From: Candidatus Latescibacterota bacterium
Lineage (GTDB): Bacteria; Latescibacterota; UBA2968
Length of the DNA stretch: 64,000 nt
Direction: 5' to 3'
Assembly (NCBI GenBank): GCA_965198115.1
Contig: OZ240241.1
Location: 2,592,001-2,656,000 of the forward strand
The notes beneath the pieces are model-generated. The model did not search any database. It was not told the DNA's origin and worked only from the letters and a program-made list of their open reading frames with translations. A program made the position numbers and the translations under genes. Below, in pieces: positions 32,107 through 41,800 of this stretch. Within the stretch, counting starts at the first letter, position 1; each line of letters opens with the position of its first letter.

Positions 32107-33043
32107 TTACGCTCCCAGCTTCTCCGCCAGCCAATCGAAGCCTGTTTCGCGCGTCTCGGGTGTGAATCCGTGACCCGCTTCGTGAAAGATCAGCTGGAAG
32201 TCGTCGCCAGCGCCCGCCTCTTCCCAGGCAGGCTTCGCCTTGTCATACAATTCCTGCGTCGCCGCAACGGGGTCCTGGGGCTCTGTGGTGCCATTGATCA
32301 TCAGGAATGGTCTCGGGGCAATCAGCCGAACCAGATCGTAGCTCGAGCCCGTGCTTGATCACATTCGGCAGGTGGTTCATAAAACAATGTTTAATCGGCG
32401 GAGCGTAGAGTGCCTTGTAGGTGTAGAAGCTGGAGACGCCTACCAGGGCGCGTATCCGTGGCTCAACCATAGCCGACAACCAGGTGTGTCCCGACCCCAT
32501 TGACACGCCCGTTGCTCCAATTCGGTCCCCGTTCACGTCATCCAGGCTCTGCAGAACGTCGCACTGCCGAATCGCGTCGAATACATACTGTCCCGCCATA
32601 CACCTTCCCTCGGCCATCAGCCGCATTGCCACGACGCGCTCGTACATCACACCCGAAGGGTCACCCGCAGGGTTCTGTCGATCCCCCCAACAGATCGAGT
32701 CTCCGCAAAGCACGACGAACCCTCGTTTCACCAGCTCCGGTCCCGAAGGAACGCGATCCTCTCGCACGACCACACCTGCCGTATCCTTCTTCCCCAACTC
32801 CCACGGCCCGTGGCCGTGGAAGACCATTATACCCGGTCGGTCTCCATCCCGGTCCACCGGACGCAGAAGATAGCCCCGCACTCGCTCGGTCACTTCGTTG
32901 TCCCACGCAATCAGCGACCGTGTGAAACCATCGCATTCCTCTTCCTCGAGGAACTCCACGTTCAGCGGCACGCGTTCAGGGAATGGTCCCAGGATGCTTC
33001 GGTAAAGCCTGTCGATTTCTTCCAGTTCCACAGGTTGCTCCAT
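32107..33043 (-). CDS. Alpha/beta hydrolase (dienelactone hydrolase-like), frame break near 32340
   Basis: FHGHG, GVSMG nucleophile elbow, IAPRPFL, AGHGF. Confidence 0.8.
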
Positions 33044-33341
33044 CTGGCTTCGTCATTGGGCGCGCCGAAAACTCATCTCTTCCGACTGCACCTCACAGAG
33101 TCGGCGCCTGGGAGTGCTGTCGTTACGGACCCGGGGGGTTGCCCCGGGCTGAGAGACTCGACCCCTTCAGGGTCGGCCATCCAAAACCTTAGGAAACCAT
33201 TCCCATCGACATCAGGAAGGGAAATGACACGGGCTGCCTCTGCCCCATCCCCGAATAGGGCCTCGATCACGGGGTGCCTCACCATCCGTGTTCATCTGTG
33301 TCCATCTGTGGTTCCCTGCCTCTAAATGGCCCTCACGCGAG

Positions 33342-34646
33342 CTATCCAAAATACGCCAACCGATCGCCCTCTGCTTCCCACAACTCCTTGAACATTTTCC
33401 GGATTTCAGGGAGAGACACCACCGACGCCGTCAGCGGATCGAGCGCGCAGGCGTGGAACGCCGCTTCCTTGTCACGATTCAACACAGCCTCCACGGCCAA
33501 TTCTTCAACAGCGATGTTCGTCATGTTCAACGCCGCGCACTGCGATGGCAGATCGCCGACGAACGTCGGATGGATGCCCTCACGATCGGCAAGGCACGGA
33601 ACCTCCACGCAACACCGTTCGGGCAGATTTGTAATCGACCCGTGGTTCATCACGTTCCCGTTGAAGGCGAAGGGTGTCCCAGTCATCCGCGCTTCGATGA
33701 TCAGCGAAGCGTATTCGTGCGACGACGTCATCGGCGGAATCTCGGCGTCCCCGTCATCCTCCACGCCCGAATCCTTCATCCTGGCACGCTGGCGGGTGTT
33801 CTCCATCGATACCGCTTGTCGATCGGGCGTGCCGTAGTAGTCCCGCAGCTCCTTCGTACGCCGAAAGTAAGGCAAGTACTCTGCATTGTGACGCGTGCTC
33901 TCCGTCACGAAATACCCGAACTGTCGCATCATTTCCACGCGGACCTTGTCCTCCACGAGGAAGTCGGGGTGATTGTCCACAACGTCACGCAACTTCGGAT
34001 ACAGATCCCTCTTACCCTTTCGGAGCCGTAAAACCCACGCCTGGTGATTGATGCCGGCCACGAGGTAGCTTACGTCGTCGTAGTCGACCCCGACCGCACT
34101 CGCCAGTTTCTTCGTCGTCCCCTGCACGCTGTGGCAGAGCCCCACGTTCTGGATCGACGATCCCACCGAGTGCAGCCACGTGAGCATGCACATCGGATTC
34201 GTGTAGTTGAGCAACAGCGCATCCGGACAGATGCGTTCCATATCCTTTGCAAAGTTCAGATGCTCGTCGGCGGTCCTCAGGAATCTGAAAATGCCGCCGA
34301 CTCCGATCGTATCCGCCACTGTCTGATGCACCCCGTACTTTAGTGGTATCTCCACTTCGGACCTGTAGGGCTCTCCCCAGTAGGCGGCCCCTCCAATGGA
34401 CACAGCCGTCACCACGCAATCCGCGTCCGGCAGCAACTCCTCGCGCTCGGTGCTCGACACGACCCTTCCAGGCAGGTTGTGACCGTCGATCGCGCGCTGA
34501 ACGTAATCGGTCACCTGCGCGAGGCGCTCTTCGTGGATATCGCACAGTGCAATCGTGGAATCCTTCAACGAATCCCGCGACAGGATATCGATGGACAGGC
34601 GGCTCCCGAACCCGCTGCCAGCGCCGATGATTACGATTTTCGCCAT
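33342..34646 (-). CDS. melA: Glycoside hydrolase family 4 (alpha-galactosidase/glucosidase)
   Basis: IIGAGSGF, DTIGVGGIFR, LLNYTNP, GLCHSVQ, AGINHQ, FVTEST. Confidence 0.85.
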   Translation of the reverse strand: MAKIVIIGAGSGFGSRLSIDILSRDSLKDSTIALCDIHEERLAQVTDYVQRAIDGHNLPGRVVSSTEREELLPDADCVVTAVSIGGAAYWGEPYRSEVEIPLKYGVHQTVADTIGVGGIFRFLRTADEHLNFAKDMERICPDALLLNYTNPMCMLTWLHSVGSSIQNVGLCHSVQGTTKKLASAVGVDYDDVSYLVAGINHQAWVLRLRKGKRDLYPKLRDVVDNHPDFLVEDKVRVEMMRQFGYFVTESTRHNAEYLPYFRRTKELRDYYGTPDRQAVSMENTRQRARMKDSGVEDDGDAEIPPMTSSHEYASLIIEARMTGTPFAFNGNVMNHGSITNLPERCCVEVPCLADREGIHPTFVGDLPSQCAALNMTNIAVEELAVEAVLNRDKEAAFHACALDPLTASVVSLPEIRKMFKELWEAEGDRLAYFG

Positions 34647-35046
34647 AGTCTCATCTCACCCCCAAACTTGAACCACCAAGACGCCAAGACTCGAAGACAC
34701 GAAGAAAACCACTGGAAGAATAACACTCGCGGGCTCCGGGTGACTTTCAGACCCCTTCGGCCTACCTTCAGTCCGCCGATTCTACCCATTCGTGTATTTC
34801 GTGGTCTCTTTCCGTGTATTCCGTGGGTGGAACCTAACCCCGAGCGTAGTGGAGAGGTGGTCCACAATATTCGGGTCGACACGTGGGTCGACCCTTATCG
34901 TTCGAGTCCCGCTAGATCCACATCTCCAATGGAGCCACCACCGCCGGGGCCTGCCTGCACGTTCGTGTATTTCGTGGTTCTCTTTTACGTGTGTGGAGCC
35001 TGCCCCGAACGTATGTGAGGGGTGGTCCCCAGTCTTTAGGTTTTCC

Positions 35047-36201
35047 GTGCTACGTGATCGACGATTCCTCGCCCTGTTGCTCGTCTCGTTCCTGATCAGC
35101 TTCCTCGCGGCTCCACGCTACGCGTTGTTGCCCGTCTATGTCGAAGCCGATCTTGCGCGCAGCCCCCTGTTTGCTGCCGGCCTACGCTCGACCTTTCTGA
35201 TCCTGGGCGGTGTCATCGCCATCCTCGCCGGCCGACTCTCCGATCGCTGGGGGCCGAAGCGCGTCTACGTCGTCGGCACGCTCGGTCCGCTCCTCGCAGG
35301 CGCAGTCTTTCTCACGCCGGACCCGACCTCGCTCGCCCTGCTTTGTCTCGGCATTGGCGTGACCTCCGGTTTCGACAGCGCGGGCGGACAGAGCTATCTC
35401 ATCTCAGCCGTCGGTGCAGCCAGGATCGGCACGGCGTCCGCCGGCTACTTCATCGGCAACACGCTCGGGACCGCCCTGGGCAATCTGCTCGCCGGCCCCA
35501 TCGCAGATGCACGCGGCTACGCGGATCTCGGTCGGCTGGCCATCGCCGGCTCGATCGCCCTCATCTTCGTCGCCTACCTGATCCTACCCAATATCGAAGT
35601 CCACCGACCGGACGGCAAAGAGGAGGAATCGCGCACGACTTTCGCTGCGAGACGGGAGGTCTGGCTCCTGCTCGGTCTTCGCTATCTCCCCACGAGCTAC
35701 TGGGGCGCTGTCACCCTCATCCTCCCTCTCCTCATCTACCGATTGAGCGGCTCGAATGCGGCCGTCTCGACGTTCAGTGCCGTCTATCTCTGCGTTGCGG
35801 CCGTCTGCCAGATCGCGACGGGTCACCTGTGCGACCGGATCGGCCGGTGGCGTCCCATCTTCGTCGCAACAGTCCTCGAAACGATCAGCGCCCTCGGTCT
35901 GGCCTTGTATTGTGATTCGGTCACAGGCATCTACGTTTTTGGCACCCTCGCTGCCGCATCAGCCTGGTCCCTGTCGACCACGATGCCGGGGCTCCTGCAG
36001 CTCGTGGCCAGACCCGGCGAACGAGGACGTCTCGTCGGCCTCGCCCACTTCGTCTGGAGCGCCGGGATGTTGACGGGCAATCTGGGTGGTGGCCGGCTAA
36101 TCGACGTGGATCCATCATTGTTGTTCTACATCTCGGTGGGCCTGATGGTCGGGGCGTTGGTGTGCGCGGTGGGACTGTGGGAAGAGCATAGGGGACGGTG
36201 A
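35047..36201 (+). CDS. MFS transporter
   Basis: GRLSDRWGPK and GHLCDRIGRW motif A copies; many hydrophobic segments. Confidence 0.85.
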   Translation: MLRDRRFLALLLVSFLISFLAAPRYALLPVYVEADLARSPLFAAGLRSTFLILGGVIAILAGRLSDRWGPKRVYVVGTLGPLLAGAVFLTPDPTSLALLCLGIGVTSGFDSAGGQSYLISAVGAARIGTASAGYFIGNTLGTALGNLLAGPIADARGYADLGRLAIAGSIALIFVAYLILPNIEVHRPDGKEEESRTTFAARREVWLLLGLRYLPTSYWGAVTLILPLLIYRLSGSNAAVSTFSAVYLCVAAVCQIATGHLCDRIGRWRPIFVATVLETISALGLALYCDSVTGIYVFGTLAAASAWSLSTTMPGLLQLVARPGERGRLVGLAHFVWSAGMLTGNLGGGRLIDVDPSLLFYISVGLMVGALVCAVGLWEEHRGR

Positions 36202-36545
36202 ACGGGTCGGTGGGAGCAGCCTCCCGGCTGCGAACAAGTAACGGTGGACGGTGGACGGGGAACCGGTCGGCGGTGGGCGGTGAGCAGTATGGGCGGCACC
36301 CGCTCCACCGCCCCGTTCCGTAGCAGCAAGTGTGCGGGAAAAACTGTCACCCCGGTACGCTTCTTGGCCGGGGTCCACTCGGGGTTTCAGCATTCGCAGG
36401 GAAACCGCGCTGACCGGCACTTCCCCTCACATTCAGTCGGGGCAGGCTCCCGCTCAGTGCGACCTCTCGCGTTGGGACGAAGGGTTTGGTATCCGCCTTT
36501 AGACACATATCCTCATATTAATCAATAAGTTATCTAACTTAATCG

Positions 36546-36571
36546 CAAAAGTGGCCCCGGGGCCACTTTTG
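36546..36571. repeat. Perfect 26-bp palindrome CAAAAGTGGCCCCGGGGCCACTTTTG (possible bidirectional terminator)
   Basis: Exactly self-complementary; lies between convergent genes, just past the stop at 36585. Confidence 0.7.
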
Positions 36572-36584
36572 AGACGCGATCCGA

Positions 36585-37904
36585 TTAGACTCCTACGGCT
36601 TCTTCCCAACCGCGCAGTGATGGGGGCCACGTGATAAAAAAGGAACCGTCGGCCTCGGCCTGAGCGCGGGCGGCGGACCAGGCCGACTTTTCCTCGGGCG
36701 TGGCGTCCGCGAGACGGGATCCTTCCATAAATCTGATGACGACCGAGTCCGACCGGGTGAAGGGCGTCAGGTGGGGGAAGGTCACAACGTCCTTCAATCC
36801 GGCATCGCGGAATCGACGATACAGGCTCGCATCCGCACACCCGTGCTCTTCCACGCTGCCGACAGCCGTAGCTTCGATTTTGGCTCTCAGCTCCGCATCG
36901 ATGTGTGCGTTGGCCCAGGAAGTCAGATCGACCGCGCGGCAGATCACGCCGATCGACCCGCCCGGCTTCGTGACGCGGATCATCTCGTCGATCATCTTGT
37001 CCGCGTCGACCTCCTCGATCACGGTGACGGAGTAGGTGGTGTCGAAATGATTGTCGTCGAATGGAATCGATAACGCCGAGCCTTCTCTCGTCGCAATGAC
37101 ATCATGGAATTCCGCTTTTTGCGCCAGCGCTCGACCTTCTCCCAGCAGGTACGTACTGATGTCAACGCCTGTCAGTTCGTTGCGGCCCTGAGTCCGATCG
37201 ACGAGGCATCGCATCACGGCTCCCGACCCGCATCCGACTTCGAGGACTGAACCTCCTGTGGTCAGATCCATCTGGTCGAACATCGCGTTCAGCATCTGAC
37301 GATAGCCCACGGATTGCCCACGAGCTTCCAGCACAAGCACGGGACCCAGGAACGGTCCACCCAGCGTGATCGTTGTGAACTGTTCACTCAAGGCAGGAAC
37401 GATCGGTTCCCACTGAGATGGTGCCAGCATCAGTGGCAGGAGGACGAGCGGGGGACCCTTGCCTCGAACGCGATAACTCACCCCACCGACCTCGCCATCC
37501 GGTTCGTCGGGCGAATCCATCGGTGGCACGTCAAACGCCTCGAGAAAACCCGAGAGCTCCGTCAGGATCTCATCGGACCGCTCGGCAGCCACATCCGTCC
37601 AACCCATCGTTTCGAAGTCGGACAGGAGTGCGAAGCGAGCATCCGGCAGTCTGTCTCGCGGCAGAGCATCGAACGCGGAACCTTGGTCGCCGGAGAAGAT
37701 CAGCAGAGTGGATTCGATCGGATGAACCAGGTCGGATGGCACGTTGGCCGGACAGACCAGAGTCAGTGATGCGACTGCTTCCGGATGGTTCGTGACCAGT
37801 CCGGACCAGTCGGCCGGAACGCGACCGGCGATGTGTGCCCGATCGATTTTCAGGTTGGTGAAGAGGTCGAGGATGCGGTCTTCAAGTGGAGTATCAGAGG
37901 TCAT
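36585..37904 (-). CDS. Class I SAM-dependent methyltransferase with an N-terminal alpha/beta-hydrolase-like domain
   Basis: VLEVGCGSG, GVDIS, IPFDDNHFD, EMIRVTKPGG; N-terminal hydrolase-like segments. Confidence 0.8.
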   Translation of the reverse strand: MTSDTPLEDRILDLFTNLKIDRAHIAGRVPADWSGLVTNHPEAVASLTLVCPANVPSDLVHPIESTLLIFSGDQGSAFDALPRDRLPDARFALLSDFETMGWTDVAAERSDEILTELSGFLEAFDVPPMDSPDEPDGEVGGVSYRVRGKGPPLVLLPLMLAPSQWEPIVPALSEQFTTITLGGPFLGPVLVLEARGQSVGYRQMLNAMFDQMDLTTGGSVLEVGCGSGAVMRCLVDRTQGRNELTGVDISTYLLGEGRALAQKAEFHDVIATREGSALSIPFDDNHFDTTYSVTVIEEVDADKMIDEMIRVTKPGGSIGVICRAVDLTSWANAHIDAELRAKIEATAVGSVEEHGCADASLYRRFRDAGLKDVVTFPHLTPFTRSDSVVIRFMEGSRLADATPEEKSAWSAARAQAEADGSFFITWPPSLRGWEEAVGV

Positions 37905-38128
37905 TGGGATCGCGGGAGATGTGGAAGGGATCTTACATCGCAGAAGGATGGTTGAACGATTTGTTCGAGCCGGGCTTCACTTTGAGAATCACAACCAGCT
38001 GTTTTTCGGCTGCTTGTGAGAGACAACTGATGGGCACGTCCTTTGCGACACTGATTCTGCGCACCTACTTGAATTACCGAACCAGCTGGGCTAACTTAAC
38101 CGCAGATAATTCTGACAGGATGCGAATA

Positions 38129-38731
38129 ATGGCCGAGGAATTCGGGACAAAGGACGTACTTGAGCAAGTCGACACCCGACTTGGGACCTTAGAGCAGGAC
38201 GTACGGTCCTTGGATTCGAAGATGGATGTTCGATTCGACCCCGTGCACGAAGAGATCGTCGGCGTCCGCTCTGAGATGGGTGTTCGGTTCGACCGTGTGC
38301 ACGAAGAGATCGTCGGCGTCCGTTCGGAGATGGATGTTCGGTTCGACCGTGTGCACGAAGAGATCGTCGGCGTCCGCTCTGAGGTGGATGTTCGGTTCGA
38401 CCGTGTGCACGAAGAGATCGTCGGCGTCCGCTCTGAGATGGATGTTCGGTTCGACCGTGTGCACGAAGAGGTTGTCGGCGTCCGTTCGGAGATAGTCGGT
38501 GTGCGTTCAGAGATGGACAACCGTTTCGGCCGCGTCAACACCGATATCAACGGACTCCGGTCAGAGATGAACGCCCAGTTCGGTCGCGTCAACACCGATA
38601 TCAACGGACTCTGTTCAGAAATGACCGCCCGGTTCGATGCGGGGATTCGATGGGGTGTCGGTCTCATCTTCGGGAGCTGGATCACCGTGATGGGTGCGAT
38701 GGCTTCGATCTGGCTCAAGCTTGGGAACTAG
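38129..38731 (+). CDS. Coiled-coil repeat protein with a C-terminal membrane anchor (DUF1640/CCDC90-like architecture)
   Basis: FGTKD head, 18-aa repeats, C-terminal IRWGVGLIFGSWITVM hydrophobic helix. Confidence 0.7.
   Translation: MAEEFGTKDVLEQVDTRLGTLEQDVRSLDSKMDVRFDPVHEEIVGVRSEMGVRFDRVHEEIVGVRSEMDVRFDRVHEEIVGVRSEVDVRFDRVHEEIVGVRSEMDVRFDRVHEEVVGVRSEIVGVRSEMDNRFGRVNTDINGLRSEMNAQFGRVNTDINGLCSEMTARFDAGIRWGVGLIFGSWITVMGAMASIWLKLGN
38222..38620 (+). repeat. Coding tandem repeat: five 54-bp units, one 21-bp unit, two variant 54-bp units
   Basis: Units start at 38222, 38276, 38330, 38384, 38438, 38492, 38513 and 38567. Confidence 0.9.
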
Positions 38732-38897
38732 CGTTTAATCGCACCCCGACGTGACACTTTCTGAGGATCGTCCAGACATTACACCGCAACCGGTGTGGTA
38801 ACGTCCGCGCCTTAAGACCCTGATGCGCTCGCTGCCGCACGATAGATCTCCCGACCCGGAGGGTCAGTCCTACGCAAACTGGCGCGGGAAGACCTTG

Positions 38898-41800
38898 TCA
38901 CGCCTGCGCGCCCGTTCGCCCATCGTATTCCGACGGAATCGTGATCGTAAACGTAGTCCCCTTCCCAACCTCACTCTCCACACTGGTTGATCCTCCAAGA
39001 AGCTCCGCGAATCTCTTGGTAATCGACAGCCCTAACCCCGTTCCCGCCTGAACTTCGCTCTCTGATCCACCTTTAACCTGCCTGTATTCATCAAACAGAG
39101 TCGGGATCTCTTCCGCCGGAATCCCCTTACCGGTATCACTTACAGATATCGTGAGAGACGGTTCTTCCGCCGACCGCCCACTGCCGACCGCCGACACAGT
39201 GACGCTTCCTTCATCCGTGAATTTGACCGCATTGCTCAGCAGATTGATAACCATCTGCTGCACCCGAGCCCGATCCGTATTCGCCTCCCCGACATTCTCC
39301 GCAACCTCCTGCCTCAACTCCACGCCTTCCTGAATCAACGGACTGACTGTGTCGCAGCACGACGCGATGAGGAGCCTCACATCGAAGGTCTCGACGTTCA
39401 CGTCCATCCGGCCCGCTTCGATCTTCGACAGATCGAGGAGATCGTTGATCATCGCCAGCAGGTGATCGCTCGCCTGGTCAACCTTCTGAAGGTTCTCTTT
39501 CTGCCGATCGGGTAGAACGTCGCCGGCCCGACGCAGGACCATATTCGTGAAGCCCTTGATCGCGTTCATCGGGGTGCGCAGCTCGTGAGACATCGACGCC
39601 AGGAACGCGCTCTTCCGCTGGGTCTGAGCCTGAATCTCACGGATGTCGAGATATCGAGCATAGCCAAGGGCAATCGCATTCGCAAACTCTCGAACTGTGG
39701 CGATCTCATCCTCCGTGAACTCGTCACGCTCGGTCGTGTGCATTCGCAAGCGACCGTAACTGCCGGCGGCAACCTCGAGGATGCTCCGGTCGCCGCTTCG
39801 GCCCTGCCACGGCTCCCCTTCGACGAAACGCTCGATCGTTTCACGGTTTACTGCCGGGAACGGCGCGAAGAGGTCGTAGGACTCTGTTGCCACATTTCCA
39901 TCCGGCGCGAGCGTAAAAGTCGTGTAGCGGAACCCTTCGTTCTCGAAGTGCTCCACCGAGGGTGATTCGGTCGGCTCATTGAGAAGGTCGATCTCGCACG
40001 ACGCGAAACCCAGCCCGAGCTCGTCCAGACTGGTCGTCACCAGCGACAGGATGCGTTCGAAATCTCTGGCCTCGTCCATCGACTGCACTTCTGCGCGCAA
40101 CCTCTGGACCAATGCCTCCACAGCCAACCGACGGTTCTGCGCCTCCTTCTCCTGAAGCTCCACGTACCGCGAATGCGCGTATCGGAAGACCTCCCCAAAC
40201 CGCTTGATCAGCATCAATGGGTCCTCGGGAACGGGGTCTTCCGACGCTAAGTTGACAGCGCCATTCTCGAACAACACGCGATAGGTCTCCCACCTTTCCG
40301 GCCAGAATTCCTCGGGACGGGCCACCATAGCCGGATTGCCCCTCTCAATCATGCCTCGAATGACTTCCTTGGCTTCCTCCCCTTCAAGATGTAAGTGCAC
40401 ATAATCGTCACCTCTTCTCCAGGCTTCCGCTGTGCGTGGCCCGGGCGCGTTGCCGTGGTGAACTGGCAACGCACGTCCATCTTCGGACACCGTCCAGACC
40501 TCGACGCCTGATTCGGAGGGATTGGTCCAGATGCTCAGATAGAGGAGCGGCAACCCGATCCCCGTCAGCTCTCGATGAACGGCCTCGACGACCGGTCCGA
40601 TGTCCTCGCTCGATTGCATCCCCTGTGCCTGACCCCGCAGCCGCTCGAGCACCTGCTCACGCTGAAGATCGACATTGACCTGGAACAGCTCATTGTTGGC
40701 GGCGGAGAGGGCCTCGTTGGACTGACTCAACCGTCGATCGCGACGGATGACACGACCGGTCTGCCACGCGATCAACACGATGGCGACACCGAGCCCCGTC
40801 CAGAGAGCGTATCGCTCGTAGGAAGATGAATGGTGAGCGCGACGATGGCGGGCGTCTCCGAGTAGACCAGATCTCGATCAACAGCCACGACCTCGAACAC
40901 GTAGTCGCCGTGAGGAAGGTTCTGATATTCGACGCGCTCCTGCCGTGTGTTGCGCCAGTCGTCGTAGCCTTTCAGCCTGTAGCGATACACGATCGCGCCC
41001 GGCCGTGTCTTGAGACTCTGCCCGTGAAACTCGAAGGCGGTCAGCGTGACGTCGGAGGACATCGTGATTTCCGATGGATCTTCGTAGCGTTGGTCGGCGA
41101 CGACCGCGTCCACGAATACCCCGGGCGAGTAGGGCTCCGGCTGGCGATAACGCACCAAGCCGTTGAGTGTCATCATCCAGATGTCGCCGTTGGTGTCTGC
41201 GTGCAACCCTCTCACGGCCTGCCCGGTGAGACCGTCTTCTCGCGTGAGCGTCTGGAAAACTTGCCCGTCGAAGCGACTGACCAAACCGGCGTCGGTCCCG
41301 AACCAGAGATGACCCTTTCTATCCTCAGCGATGGCCAGGACAGCGTTGTGGGCCAGCCCGTCTTCCTTGTTGTAAAACGTCCAGGCCGATCGATCCGCGG
41401 GTCCAGTGCCTGTCGAGGGAGCATAGCGTGCGACACCGTCCCCCCACGTGCCGAACCAGAGATCCCCATCCCGATCCTCCAGGCTCGACCATACGCGCTT
41501 CCGACCTATCGGATCAATCGGTGTGAAGGCGGCCTCTCCGGGAAGGGGGTCAGAGACGTGTTGATGCAGGCCCCCACTCGTGCCCACCCAGAGCGTGTTT
41601 CGGCGGTCTTCGAGGATGGTCTGCGCATCTCTGCCGTGGAGACCATCGGCGATCGAGTAGGCGGCAAAGGTACGTCCGTCGTACCGACCTACCCCGCCGC
41701 CGTTCCACAGCCCCAGCCACAGGTCACCGTTCCGGTCCTGGTGGATCGGATGGCCCCCACGGAGACCCGGAGCCCCCAGACCATCCTCCCGTGTATAGTG

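Noticed and set aside
38222-38620. CRISPR-like regular repeat
   Set aside because: Units are contiguous with no unique spacers, are multiples of three, and lie in-frame in a coiled-coil ORF; no cas genes are present
38074-38718. Antisense ORF with Ser/Thr/Cys repeats
   Set aside because: Mirror of the 54-bp coding repeat on the opposite strand
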